A stretch of 64,000 nt of DNA from Eledone cirrhosa (lineage: Eukaryota): positions 232,624,001 through 232,688,000 of the forward strand of contig OZ024741.1 of assembly GCA_964016885.1 (NCBI GenBank), read 5' to 3'. Both the position numbers and the translations under genes were made by a program. Positions 18,420-31,454 of the stretch are shown here, in pieces. Position 1 is the stretch's first letter. Each line of letters opens with the position of its first letter. The notes beneath the pieces are model-generated. The model had not been told where the DNA came from. It was given only the letters and a program-made list of their open reading frames with translations, and did no database searches.

Positions 18420-18695
18420 ACGCGGGGACATAGAAATAGTCGGGCTGGATACCCGTTAAACTACTGGGAGTGAAGGACTCCTAGCCTTTGTAAGGGCATA
18501 CTTCTAGGAGAAGGCATCTCAGGAAACTGGGTTAACTCCGACATAAAACCTGCGGCTCATTAGTTACCGATGATGTTGATCTTTTTTTCTTTTCCGGTTA
18601 TAGCTTCTGTCGCTCAGAGAGTGGGATTGGCTCAGTGCACAGTCTTTTCTCACTTAAAAATATTCTTCACGCACAAGGCATTGCACGATTGCATT
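18420..18695 (+). mobile_element. RTE-like 5' UTR-derived fragment
   Basis: Motif tagcctttg..ggca..ctaggagaagg shared with 53790-53850(-). Confidence 0.5.
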
Positions 18696-18939
18696 AATTA
18701 ATAATTATTATTAATAATTATTATTAATAATTATTAATAGTGTATTATTATTATTATTATTGTTACTATTATTATTACTTTTTTTTTTTCAAATTCAATG
18801 ATGTTCCAAAACAATATAAAAGAGATAATGGTTCTGGAACAAAAGAGATAATTGGCAATAAGGGCAGGAGCCCCAGGTTATCACAGCCTGGGCCCGCTCG
18901 TCATCGTTCCACTGTAATAGAACCAAACAAGGCATTTAG

Positions 18940-19240
18940 TCTTGGCTGCTTGACAAGGATTCCTTGGAACGTCCTGAACGAAGGACCGCTCTTGTTGCAA
19001 AGGAGCTTCGACGTTACGATCTTGACATTGTAGCTTTATCTGAGACGCGGTTAGCTGGAGATGGTCATCTTACAGAATTTTGTGGAGAATATACATTCTT
19101 CTGGAGGGGAAGAGATGAAGGAACCAGAGGAGAGGCTGGGATAGCATTTGCTGTTAAGACTGTTCTTGTGAATAAATTAGAAGAATTCCCAGTAGTGAGG
19201 ATTAGTGAGCGTCTAATGTCCATGAGAATTCCGCTGAGAA
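18940..19240 (+). pseudogene. RTE/BovB-type LINE APE endonuclease N-terminal fragment
   Basis: RPERRTALVAKELRRYDLDIVALSETRL..YTFFWRG..GIAFAVK..ISERLMSMRIPL. Confidence 0.9.
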
Positions 19241-19540
19241 ATCTCCGACAAATAACCGAACGTAACCTCTTCGCGGCGGCCTCAATCGAGTATTTATCCA
19301 ACATTTCGACAGCATGTAGAAACTGACTAAATATACCATCAACCATACACAATTATGTGTAAAATTAAACTTAGAAGAAATGGGCACTGTGCGCATTTCT
19401 TCTAAGTTTAATTTTACACATAATTGTGTATGGTTGATGGTATATTTAGTCAGTTTCTACATGCTGTCGAAATGTTGGATAAATACTCGATTGAGGCCGC
19501 CGCGAAGAGGTTACGTTCGGTTATTTGTCGGAGATTTCTC
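19236..19540. repeat. Near-perfect 305-bp palindrome
   Basis: ~147-bp arms that look like exact reverse complements around the centre aaatgggcactgtgcgcattt. Confidence 0.95.
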
Positions 19541-20099
19541 CATAAGAGGATTTATTCTTATAGCTTGTTCTAATTGATTTTTTATATGGTTAATTATGCT
19601 AATTAGAAGAAGAAATAGTATATATTTTATTATCTGATGATACTAAAGACATGATTTATGATATATTGCTGTGATTTTTTAATTTATTAATTCTTCATAG
19701 AGCTTAAAAGTGACCAGTTGCAACATGTATATATCTATAACTTTATGTATATGTTAACCTTTATATTTACATTTATATATATATATATATATATATGCAG
19801 AAGAGAAGGATAGATAAACAAATGAACTCTTTTCTCTGAATGAACATGTAATGAAAATTAATTTTTCTACCGTTTCTTATTTTTATCATTATAATTGTCA
19901 CTATTTGCACAAATATGCAACTTAACAATATTCTGCATATCCACAATTGACAATGCATACAATGCTGAAACCGGTGTTGTAAATGAAGTAATGTTTTGAT
20001 ATTTCACTGAAAAAATCCCTTCAACATTTCTACTGAAACTTTTTCCTTTCTACTATTTGTATTTATGTATATCAACTCATGTCGTAATTTTCTACATTC

Positions 20100-20203
<104 letters not shown>

Positions 20204-21579
20204 GACGGGGGGAAGAAAAAAATGGCTTCACTTGTGCTTTCAACAAATTTATTTTGTTCACAAAATCCAAAAAGAATTTTTGTCCGGATTAGAAAAAGTT
20301 TTTTCTTAAAAAAATGTTTTTATGAATTAAGTTGTTGGTTGTTGGTTAGGTCTTAGGAGTTCTTGGTTAACGTAGGAGGTATTGTTTCGTTTTTAGAAAG
20401 ACCTTTCACGCTGAGGTGCGCTTGTCAAACTGATGTGTATGTGGTGTGTTGTTCTATATATAGGGATTTAACATGTCTGTGGTGTGGTGGGTTTTTTTTC
20501 TCCCCCTTTAATAAGTGTAGGGGTGTAGGTGTGTTGAAAAAATGTTAATAGCAGTAATGAGTTGAGACAGTGAGTAGGGTTGGGTGGGGAGAAATGTAGC
20601 AAGTGCGGCCTGCCCCGGTCATTCTCGAAAAATTCCTTTATTCAGCGGAAAAAGCTTTTAGTATTCCTTTGTATCGAGAATGGTCATAGGCAAACCGCAC
20701 CTGCCAAGCTTGTAAACAATTATTTTTTCTGAAGAATTTTTCTACGTCCATCCCAAAATTAGTCATTTGTTCAACACACACATATGTGTGTATATACGTA
20801 CATACACACACCGGCATATGTAGGAATATATAGGCACACACCATCAATCACACACCCATCTACATATACATCCACATACATACATAAAAACATATAAAGA
20901 CACATATAAAAACACATATACACATACGTACACACACGAATATGTACTCATACCTCCCACATGGGTATATATATACATACATACATATACATACATATAC
21001 ACACATAAAGATACATAACTAAATATACATATATACACATACACGCACACATACACACATACACACACACACACACGTGTACACACACACACACACAAAT
21101 ATACATATGTCCGTATATATACATCCGTTAACACATACATGAATACACACACACATACACACATATATATATATAGAGAGAGAGAGGCATACACACACAT
21201 ACATATATATATATATACATATATATATATACATATATATATAGGTGCCAATCACATAACGATGTAGAATATACTACATATATATATATATATATACACA
21301 CAGGCATATTCTACATATATATATATATATATATATATACAGGCATATTCTACATATATATATATGTATACACACATAAACACATACAGACACATACACA
21401 CATATACATACATATACACATATATATATATGTATATATATATATACACATATACATATATATATATATATATATTTACATACACATACACACACATACA
21501 TACACACATACATATATACACATACATATACATACATATATATATACATATATATATACACATATATATATGTATATAG

Positions 21580-23806
21580 TATTTACGTATCGAGAAAGAG
21601 AGAGAAAAAGGAGGGATAGGTGATACATATAGTTATTTGCCAAGTAGCGTATGCCAAAGGTGCTCGATACTAGTGCCGGCAGTATTAAATATTCGAAGTG
21701 TTAATATTTAGTGGGCTAGAGAGTTAGCAGAGCGTAAGCACGTGGGAAAGTGAAAAATCGGAGAATAGACCGTTAAAACATGTTTATTGAAAATATCACC
21801 TACGTACGTTTCGCCCAGTTGGGCTTCTCAAGGGCATAAACAGTCACAAGTGTTCCTTATATAGTTTGGAAAGAGATTTGGGGGTTAAATCGACATCAAG
21901 ATTCATTGTTCGCAAAAATATCTTGTTTTGATTTTGCAGCAGGTCAAGGGAGGTAACTTTGGCCGGTGTTAGGGCAGTCTTTCCCGGATAATTTTTGGTA
22001 TGCAGGGATCGTTTTCTGGGTGTTATTTTGCTGCGCCTGCCCGCCGGGGTGTTAAGACTTGTTGCAGGGAGATCCAGTGTGTTATTTCACTCTCCATTCT
22101 TAACCCATCTAAAGAAGGATATTTTTAAGCGATGTGTACAACTTAACGCTGTTTCTGCTCTGCTGTTGATGAGCTCGTGGGGTGCAGTTATGATGTGGTA
22201 GAGTTCCATGAGGCAAAGATCGCATTTCCTCTTGAAGTTGTACGGTGCAGCCCTGTCGACAATCTCCCAGTGCGTGGAGAAGCTAATGTTTAAGTCCTTT
22301 AGTGATGTGATGTAGTCCGCGAGCGAGGTGGAGTGCCTTAGTTTTCTATTTGTGAAAGAGTGGAGATGTGTTCGAAACCTAATTTTGAACGGGCCGGAGG
22401 TGGCCCCTATATAATGTTTAACGCTATTGTGGCTAGTAATAGTGCATCTATATATAACCCTATCGGTCAAGCAGTATCCTCTAAGGGGGCACCGTCCTCT
22501 GTCGCGGCAGTTGCAATTTCTGTCGCTGTTCCGTCTATTTCCCACGATAAGGCTATCATTGTTGCTGCCTACGTTGTTAGCTGCGCTACTGCAGCTGTCG
22601 TTAACACAATTACAACCCACAGCACGCGGGATGGTGCGATTGTTATTCCGCACGCCATGTTTTGCATGCTCCCCAGTCACTTCGCGGTCATTCTGGTTGC
22701 GTCTGCGGATGCCGTTGCCAACACTATTGGATGCTGTCAGGGAGTTGTTAAGGCCGATACAGTTATTGTCAGGTGTAGGTGTGTCTGCGTCGAGGTGCTG
22801 TGTCTTGGTGATCTTACTGTGGTTCGTTGTTCCTATGATGTCTGTTAGGTTAGGAGTAGTAGAGAAGGATATTTTTATATTATTCCTATTAAGAATTTTT
22901 CTATATCTATGGTTGGGTGGGAAGTTCTTCTCTAAGGCTTCGAAGAATATCCGGGGTATGTTGGAGGCCACACTTCGAGAGTAGGGGGGGGTGGAACCAT
23001 AGGACGTTACGGTGGCGATTACGTGTCCTTGTACTTTTGCTACGGGTGGTTCCATCTAAGTGATCGCTCTTATGTGTGTTAATGCGCTGTCGCCCGTTCG
23101 GTGCCCCTTTCACTTTATGCTCGGGTGCACTCTTTCTACCACTTCCATGTTTATGTACATGAAGATGTTGGTTGGAAGGCGTTGGTAGTAGGCCGTCGCA
23201 TTTGTTGGTTTTGTAATAGGGGAATAGTTTGAGTAATCTACAGTATTCACCGTCGCCGGGGACGTGATCTTTGGTGCGGTTATCTATTCTATTATATCCG
23301 ACTTTAACGAGGTCGCCGCGTGATCGGTTATAGGTATGGCTTACTATAACGTTAGTTTTATGAGGGGGTGGTTTCTAGAGCTAGCGTTAGGGATGTAGGA
23401 AATTCCTCGGTTAAAGCCGGCGCTTATCAGGGCCCTATTGTAGTAATCAGCCACTTGGTTGAAGATATCCTCATTGGCGGATAGTCTCGAGATTCTATGT
23501 GAGATACTATAGACTATGGAGTTGAGAGTCTGCTTAGGGTGGTTGGAGGCATAATTAATATAAGAGAGGCACTCTCTAACACCGGCCAAAGTTACCTCCC
23601 TTGACCTGCTGCAAAATCAAAACAAGATATTTTTGCGAACAATGAATCTTGATGTCGATTTAACCCCCAAATCTCTTTCCAAACTATATAAGGAACACTT
23701 GTGACTGTTTATGCCCTTGAGAAGCCTAACTGGGCGAAACGTACGTAGGTGATATTTTCAATAAACATGTTTTAACGGTCTATTCTCCGATTTTTCACTT
23801 TCCCAC

Positions 23807-23807
<1 letters not shown>
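21580..23807 (-). mobile_element. Nested Naiad-like PLE (family K) with inverted pLTR
   Basis: YINYASNHP..ISRLS; WFHPP; CNCRDRGRCPLRGYCL..VIY..HYIGAT..CDLC; arms 21741-21965 and 23582-23807; HHRs at 21794-21838(-) and 23710-23754(+). Confidence 0.88.
23710..23754 (+). ncRNA. Type I hammerhead with U3-A8 core
   Basis: tatgccc-TTGAGAA-gcct aact gggc-GAAAC gtac GTA-ggtgata. Confidence 0.75.
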
Positions 23808-23883
<76 letters not shown>

Positions 23884-24093
23884 CATGTACATACACATAT
23901 ATATATATATGTACACACAAACACATAAAGACACATATATACATATATATATATATACATCTACATACATACATACATATACACATACAGAAACATACAT
24001 ATATGTACACACATATATACATATATGCACATACATACACACACACAGATATATAGATACATACATATGCATACACACACATATAAACATATA

Positions 24094-24127
<34 letters not shown>

Positions 24128-24409
24128 AATATACACATACATACATATACATATACATATATATACACACATACACACACATATATATATATATATACAC
24201 ACACACATACAAACATACACACATCCATACATATATATACACACACACATACACACACCCACATACATATATACCCACGCGTACATACATCCATACATAC
24301 CTACACATATATATGTGTGTGTGTCTCACCGTTCACTCAGATATTCATGTGTACACATAAGAAGAGGGGGGGACGGTTGTGAAATGGAATTTTACCTCCG
24401 AGTGTTAAT

Positions 24410-25669
24410 TCATTTTTTCGTGTTCAGTAGTGGTTTAAATTTTTCAATGAAGAATTCTTCTTTATAACTACGGAAATGTTCGTTATCCGACCATATCTTG
24501 AAGAAAGGGAAGATTGTGAATTTTCCCTTCCCGCATGATGCAAAGTGTGCGCTACATGTGGTATTTCTGACTGGGGGGTCTTTAATTTGTTGTTTATGTA
24601 CCCGGACTCTATCATGTAGTCCCGTTCCGGTTTCCCCAATGTAATACTCTTTACACTGTGGACATGTTGCGCAATATATTAGGTTTTTCGTTTTGCAGTT
24701 CATGTTTGCATTGACCTTGAAATTATCATGGTTTTTGAAGGACAACTGTTTGCCCTCTTCGATGAGTTCACAGGTTCCACATCTAGGGTCCCCGCATTTC
24801 GTCACTTGCATTGATTCCATGTTGGTCGTAAATTTTGCCTTGGTAATTAGTTTTTTAAGGTTGGGTGCTTGGCGTCTGCTATAAATTATCTGTGTGTTTT
24901 TTAAGAGTGCATTCATTTTGGTAGATTGCTGTAGAATCGGGAGATACTGCTTAGCAGTTTTCACAATGTTGATGTTCCCTGGGTTGTGAGAGATGACAAA
25001 AGAGATAGCAGGGTTTTCTTTTTTATGTTGTGGGTTTGGTTTTCTCAGTGTTGTTATTGGGATGTTCTTAGCCTTGGAGATGGCTGCGTTGATGAGTTTC
25101 ATCGGGTATTCTTGTTTTGTAAGGAATTTTTTCAGGTCACATAATCTTTTTTCTTGTAGTACGGGGTGTGTTGCTATAGTGCAGGTGCGCCTTGCCATGT
25201 TGAAGGGAATGTTCCTTTTCGTATGTGAGGGGTGTGCTGACCGGAAATTTAAGTATTGGTGTGTGTCAGTGGGTTTGCAAAATAGGTCCGTTATGATATT
25301 TTCCCCTTCTTTAATGATGAGGATATCTAGAAAGGGCAGTTCCTTTTCGTTACATTCCATAGTGAATTGTATAGCTTCATGAAGCCTGTTTAAGATCGAA
25401 TAAAATTTTTGTAGGTCTGTTTGGCTTCTGTTCCAGAAGATGAAGTAGTCATCTAGGTAACGTTTCCAGTTTTTATTAATGTAGAAGGCGAAGTTGTGAC
25501 TGAATGTTATCTGTAGTTGTGAATATAATTTTGCCTCTAAGTGACCCATAACGAGCGTTGCATATGTAGGGGCCACTTTGGTACCCATGGCTGTTCCTTT
25601 TATTTGTAGATAAATTTCGTTGTCAAAGAGGAAGTGGTTGTTTTCCAATACTAATTTAAGTCCTTCCAA
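24410..25669 (-). CDS. Neptune-like PLE RT C-terminal half plus GIY-YIG endonuclease (5'-truncated, 419 aa open)
   Basis: GTAMGT, WKRYLDD, PFLDI, KCGDPRCGTC, NLIYCATCPQCKEYYIGETG, R..H..H. Confidence 0.9.
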   Translation of the reverse strand: MEGLKLVLENNHFLFDNEIYLQIKGTAMGTKVAPTYATLVMGHLEAKLYSQLQITFSHNFAFYINKNWKRYLDDYFIFWNRSQTDLQKFYSILNRLHEAIQFTMECNEKELPFLDILIIKEGENIITDLFCKPTDTHQYLNFRSAHPSHTKRNIPFNMARRTCTIATHPVLQEKRLCDLKKFLTKQEYPMKLINAAISKAKNIPITTLRKPNPQHKKENPAISFVISHNPGNINIVKTAKQYLPILQQSTKMNALLKNTQIIYSRRQAPNLKKLITKAKFTTNMESMQVTKCGDPRCGTCELIEEGKQLSFKNHDNFKVNANMNCKTKNLIYCATCPQCKEYYIGETGTGLHDRVRVHKQQIKDPPVRNTTCSAHFASCGKGKFTIFPFFKIWSDNEHFRSYKEEFFIEKFKPLLNTKK

Positions 25670-26056
25670 GTTGAATTCTTTGGGGAATCTTTCTGAAATG
25701 TGACTTGAGTGTTTTTCCGCAGTTATAAAGAAGAATTCTTCATTGAAAAATTTAAACCACTACTGAACACGAAAAAATGAATTAACACTCGGAGGTAAAA
25801 TTCCATTTCACAACCGTCCCCCCCTCTTCTTATGTGTACACATGAATATCTGAGTGAACGGTGAGACTCACACATATATATGTGTAGGTATGTATGGATG
25901 TATGTACGTGTGGGTATACATGTATGTGGGTGTGTGTATGTGTGTGTATATATATGTATGGATGTGTGTATGTTTGTATGTGTGTGTGTATATATATATA
26001 TGTGTGTGTATGTGTGTATATATATGTATATGAATATGTATGTATGTGTATATTTG

Positions 26057-26097
<41 letters not shown>

Positions 26098-26234
26098 GTT
26101 TATATGTGTGTGTATGTATATGTATGTATCTATATATGTGTGTGTGTGTATGTATGTGCATATATGTATATATGTGTGTACATATATGTATGTTTCTGTA
26201 TGTGTATATGTATGTATGTATGTAGATGTATATA

Positions 26235-26265
<31 letters not shown>

Positions 26266-26575
26266 TGTATGTATATATGTGTCTTTATGTGTTTGTGTGT
26301 ACATATATATATATGTGTGTATGTACATGTATGTATGTATATATATATATATATATGTGTATATATATATGTATATATATATGTATGTATATGTATGTGT
26401 ATATATGTATGTGTGTATCTATGTGTTTGTATGTGTATGTGTATGTGTATGTATATATATATATATGTATATGTTTATATATATATAAATATATATATAT
26501 GTGTATATGTATGTATATGTGTGTATGTGTCTGTATGTGTTTATGTGTATATATATATATATATATATATCTATG

Positions 26576-26607
<32 letters not shown>

Positions 26608-26713
26608 TGTGTATGTGTGTGTATGCCTCTCTCTCTCTATATATATATATATGTGTGTATGTGTGTGTGTGTATGCATGTATGTGTGAACGGATGTATAT
26701 ATACGGACATATG

Positions 26714-26756
<43 letters not shown>

Positions 26757-27372
26757 ATGTGTATATATGCATATTTAGTTATGTATCTTTATGTGTGTAT
26801 ATGTATGTATATGTATGTATGTATGTATATATATATATACCCATGTGGAGGTATGAGTACATATTCGTGTGTGTACGTATGTGTATATGTGTTTTTATAT
26901 GTGTCTTTATATGTTTTTATGTATGTATGTGGATGTATATGTACATGGGTGTGTGATTGATGGTGTGTGCCTATATATTCCTACATATGCCCGTGTGTGT
27001 ATGTACGTATATACACACATATGTGTGTGTTGAACAAAGGACTAATTTTGGGATGGACGTAGAAAAATTCTTCAGAAAAAAATAATTGTTTACAAGCTTG
27101 GCAGGTGCGGTTTGCCTATGACCATTCTCGATACAAAGGAATACTAAAAGCTTTTTCCGCTGAATAAAGGAATTTTTCGAGAATGACCGGGGCAGGCCGC
27201 ACTTGCTACATTTCTCCCCACCCAACCCTACTCACTGTCTCAACTCATTACTGCTATTAACATTTTTCAACACACCTACACCCCTACACTTATTAAAGCG
27301 GGAGAAAAAAAACCCACCACACCACAGACATGTTAAATCCCTATATATAGAACAACACACCACATACACATC

Positions 27373-27409
27373 AGTTTGACAAGCGCACCTCAGCGTGAAA
27401 GGTCTTTCT
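27373..27409 (+). ncRNA. Minimal type I hammerhead with U3-A8 core
   Basis: agt-TTGACAA-gcgc acctca gcgt-GAAAG gt CTT-tct; stem I weak. Confidence 0.55.
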
Positions 27410-27654
27410 AAAAACGAAACAATACCTCCTACGTTAACCAAGAACTCCTAAGACCTAACCTAACAACTTAATTTCTAAAAAAAATTTTTTTAATAAAAAA
27501 TTTGTTCTAATGCGGAAAAAAATTATTTTGGGATTTTGTGAAGAAAATAAATTTGTTGAAAGCACAAGTGAAGCCATTTTTTTCTTTCCCCCTGTCTTAA
27601 TATACCTAACTGTACCAAGGATTACACACATTTTCCAATATATATATATATATA

Positions 27655-28388
27655 TATATATAACTGAACAAAAAGGAAAAAACGAACACAGACATATATA
27701 TATATGTGTTTAAATCGTAATGGACCAAAATCGCTAAGGTGAAAAAAATACTAACTACAGACAATAAGGTTTGCTAGACTCAATTTAAGAATAAATTAAG
27801 AAAAATAAATACAAACCAGTATTGTGGTAACTACCATCACCCAGACGGTCTTTGATAGAACCATTTCGCAATATTATTTGGGAAGAGATATACCAATTCC
27901 AGGCTCATCAGTGGGTGATGAAATTAGTATCCTCCTCACTTCTAAGTCAAATAGAAAACTGGAAAATCTGTGTATATATATAACGCACATGGTTCCCGAA
28001 CTTAGCGTGTCGCGCATACTTACGCCACTAAAAATAGCAGCCTGGTCTACACGACATTTGAAATAGCTCTACGAATTAACGGAGGCGAATATATCAAAAG
28101 CATGTATTGAGTTAGAAACTCAAAATAGTCTCATTACATTAAATTAGCTCCAGGAAAAAGATTTTTCCGAGCCGTATATAACTTCCTTTTTGTTCAGTTA
28201 TATACGGCTCGGAAAAATCTTTTTCCTAGAGCTAATTTACTGTAATGAGACTATTTTGAGTTTCTATATTCGCCTCCGTTAATTAGTAGAGCTATTTCAA
28301 ATGTCGTGTAGACCCGGCTGCTATTTTTAGTGGCGTAAGTTACCGCGACACGCTAAGTTCGGGAACCATGTGCGTTATATATATACAC
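27655..28388. mobile_element. Family L non-coding ~520 bp HHR unit with fold-back arm
   Basis: 27975-28183 inverted versus 28195-28385; 27661-27677 is the reverse complement of 28184-28200. Confidence 0.7.
27835..27920 (-). ncRNA. Type I hammerhead with 9-bp stem I and stable stem III
   Basis: catcaccca-CTGATGA-gc..gc-GAAAtggtt ctatcaaa gaccGTC-tgggtgatg. Confidence 0.8.
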
Positions 28389-28389
28389 C

Positions 28390-31300
28390 AGGCCAGGTGT
28401 CACACCGACAACGATTGCTGACACCCCATATGTCACACGTGCTGCTGCTGAATGTCAGAGGCCTGGTTAAACTCACTAACATGAGTAAAATTTCCTACCT
28501 GGGAGACATAGCCATAGGCAATCAAGCATTAAGCATTACACTAACCGAAACGCACCTGACAAGCAGTATAGCAGATGCGGAAATACATATACCAAAATAT
28601 ACTGTATTTCATTCGGACAGTAAGGAGAGCCCTCATGGTGAGGTTCCTCTGTATATCCGTGAAGATGTCACACCAATTGTACTGTTGACACATTCAAACT
28701 CAGTCTGTGTCACACTGATAGTACATATGAAGCAACTAAAGACAGTAATATGTGTCACATATCGGCCACCCGATGCCCCCAGTCATGAGGGTAAATTTGA
28801 GGATAGCCTCAGCAGGATAGAAGAGGTCCTTGACAAACTGGACCAGGGTCTCAACATTCTACTGCTGGGAGACTTCAACCTGCCAAAAGTCAAATGGCCT
28901 GAGGGCCACCTCCTCCCTGGAATGACGTCAATATAACAGAGACAGACGGAATCCCTGCTGGCCTTCACACACAGGCTGTTCATGGAACAAGCAGTACTCC
29001 TCCCAACAAGAGGCGATAATGTCCTCGATCTCTGTTTTACAAACAACGCAGTGCTCATCCACAATGTAAAGGTGACACCAACAATTTTTATCGGATGATA
29101 ACTTAGTAGAACTAATGATATGTGGTCCGAGAGAATCAACAGAAACACAACCATCAAGAAGCTCCGGGCACTTATCCAGCCTTAACTTCTACAAGGTTAA
29201 CTGGGAAAAGATCAAGAGAGAAATCCGGAAGCAAATATGGAGCGACAACATCGGCACACAAGACACCAACACCCATTTTCAACACTTCATGACAACGATA
29301 CAAATTATATGCCAAACGTTTGTTCCGGAGAAAACGGCACAAAAATCTTATTCCCAGATATAGGAAAATCCTTATGAGACGAAGAACTAAGATCTCAAAC
29401 CAGTTGAATGCACAGCAAAAAAACAAAAACAAGAAAGAATCGTATTTGTAACGTGCACTACTTGACATCGAGATTGCACTCAAACTTTCCCATGAAAATG
29501 AGAGGGCAAAGAAAGAAAGCAAGGCCATAGAAAATATCAAAACAAACCCTAAGGCCCTCTTTAAATTAGCAAAAGAGACTACCTCGGTACACTGCAAGAT
29601 TGGGTCACTCTTCCATATAGACGGTTCATTAACCGAAAATCCCCAAGAGTTAAGTGAAATACTGAACGAACAGTACAAAAGTGTGTTCACATGTCCACTG
29701 AGGTACATGCAAATAACAAAGCCAGAGGATTTCTTTGATGCCACAACACTCCATGAAGAAATGGCGACCATCAACCACATAGACATAACGGAGGATGATG
29801 TGGTGTACGCCATAGATGAAATTAGAACAGACTCAGCTGCTGGGCCTGATGGATTCCCAGCAGTCCTCTTAAAAACATGTAAGCGGGTCTTAGCAACTCC
29901 ACTGACGACGCTCTTCAGAGGCTCCTTGGCTAGCCGTAGACTACCCACACAGCTGAAAGAAAGCATACATATGCCATATCCATAAGGGAGGTAGCAGAGC
30001 GGAGGCCAAACACTATAGGCCAGTCTCCCTGACGTCACATATCATTAAGGTCATGGAGCGAATTATCAGAAAGAAAATGACCGCCTGACTAGCACGCAGC
30101 ATGGCTTTCGCCCAAGAATAAGCTGCCTTATACAGCTGCTACATCACTACGACTGGGTACTGAAACAACTACTAGACAGCTCACATGTTACGTGATATAT
30201 CTTGACTTTGCGAAGGCGTTTGACAAGGTCGACCACGGAATGATATGTCACAAACTATACAGACTGCGCATAACTGGAAAAGTAGGTGAGTGCCTGCATG
30301 ACTTCTTAAAGGACAGAATCCAGACAGTTACAGCAAACGAGGACCTCCCAAAAGAAACATCCATAACAAGTGGGGTGCCCGAAGGCACAGTCCTGGGACT
30401 ACTACTGTTTTGGAGGCTCTCTCAGACATGCCCTCTGTAGTACATACAAGATCCCTCACTAACTATGCTGATGACACTAAGGTAGCACAGGCAATCAAAA
30501 CCCGGTTGACGATGCTATATACAAATGGGTGGAAGAAAACAACATGCAGTTTAATGCTGGCAAATTTAAAGCCCTACAATAAAAACCGGCAAACACAATT
30601 ACAGTACAACACAGTTACACTGGACCAGGAGGGACTGAAATTCCCGTGTCGAAATCGATACGAGACCTGGGTATAGACATGAGCGACGATGCATATTTTT
30701 CCTCACACATCATGAAAGTGGCGACAATGTGCAGACGACTCGCTGGCTGCATCTTGAGGACTTTCCGGACAAGAGACCGAGAGACCATGTTGACACTATG
30801 GGGGACATTTGTCCTAAGCCGCCTGGACTTTTGCTCCCAGTTGTGGTCACCCCATAGTGACAAACTAACAACGGAGCTTGAGACAATCCAGACAATCCAG
30901 AGAAGCTACACAAAGAGGATTGCGACGATGAAGGAGATAAGCTACTGGGAGAGGCTAAAAGAACTGAACCTCTACTCCTTGGAACGAAGACGGGAGAGAT
31001 ACGCAGTGATAAACATGTGGAAAATCATGGAGGGACTAGCACCAAACTTAACATTGGGAGCTGGACCAACCCCCGAACAGGACGTCACTGTGTCGTGCCA
31101 AAGGTCCCGTCTTCCACATCTAGAATAAGGAGCAGATATTGCAATAGCCTGGGGTTCAAAGGTCCTCAACTCTTCAATTGGCTGCCGAGGGATCTGGGAT
31201 ATCTGCATAGTGTTGACGTGGATCTTTTCAAGAAACATCTTGACACATTACTATCCAGAATCCCGGATTAGCCCACAGCAAGGCACGAAGGAAAACTAAG

Positions 31301-31441
31301 GGCAACAGCAACGAACTCCCTCTTGCACTAGTGGCCAACCAATACAGGGTGGAGATAAAATGTGTAGCAACAAGGGTGGTGTCCCAGCATGGCCTCAGCC
31401 GGTTGGCTGGAACAGGTAAAAGAGTAAAAGAGTAAAAGAGA
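28390..31441 (+). mobile_element. Decayed CR1/L2-group LINE ORF2 (APE + RT)
   Basis: LNVRGL, LTETHL, YRPP, GDFNLP; AAGPDG, YRPVSLTS, YLDFAKAFDKVDH, SGVPEG, YADDT, LYSLERRRERY; 3' tail (GTAAAAGA)x3; many stops and frameshifts. Confidence 0.92.
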
Positions 31442-31454
31442 ATATATATATATA

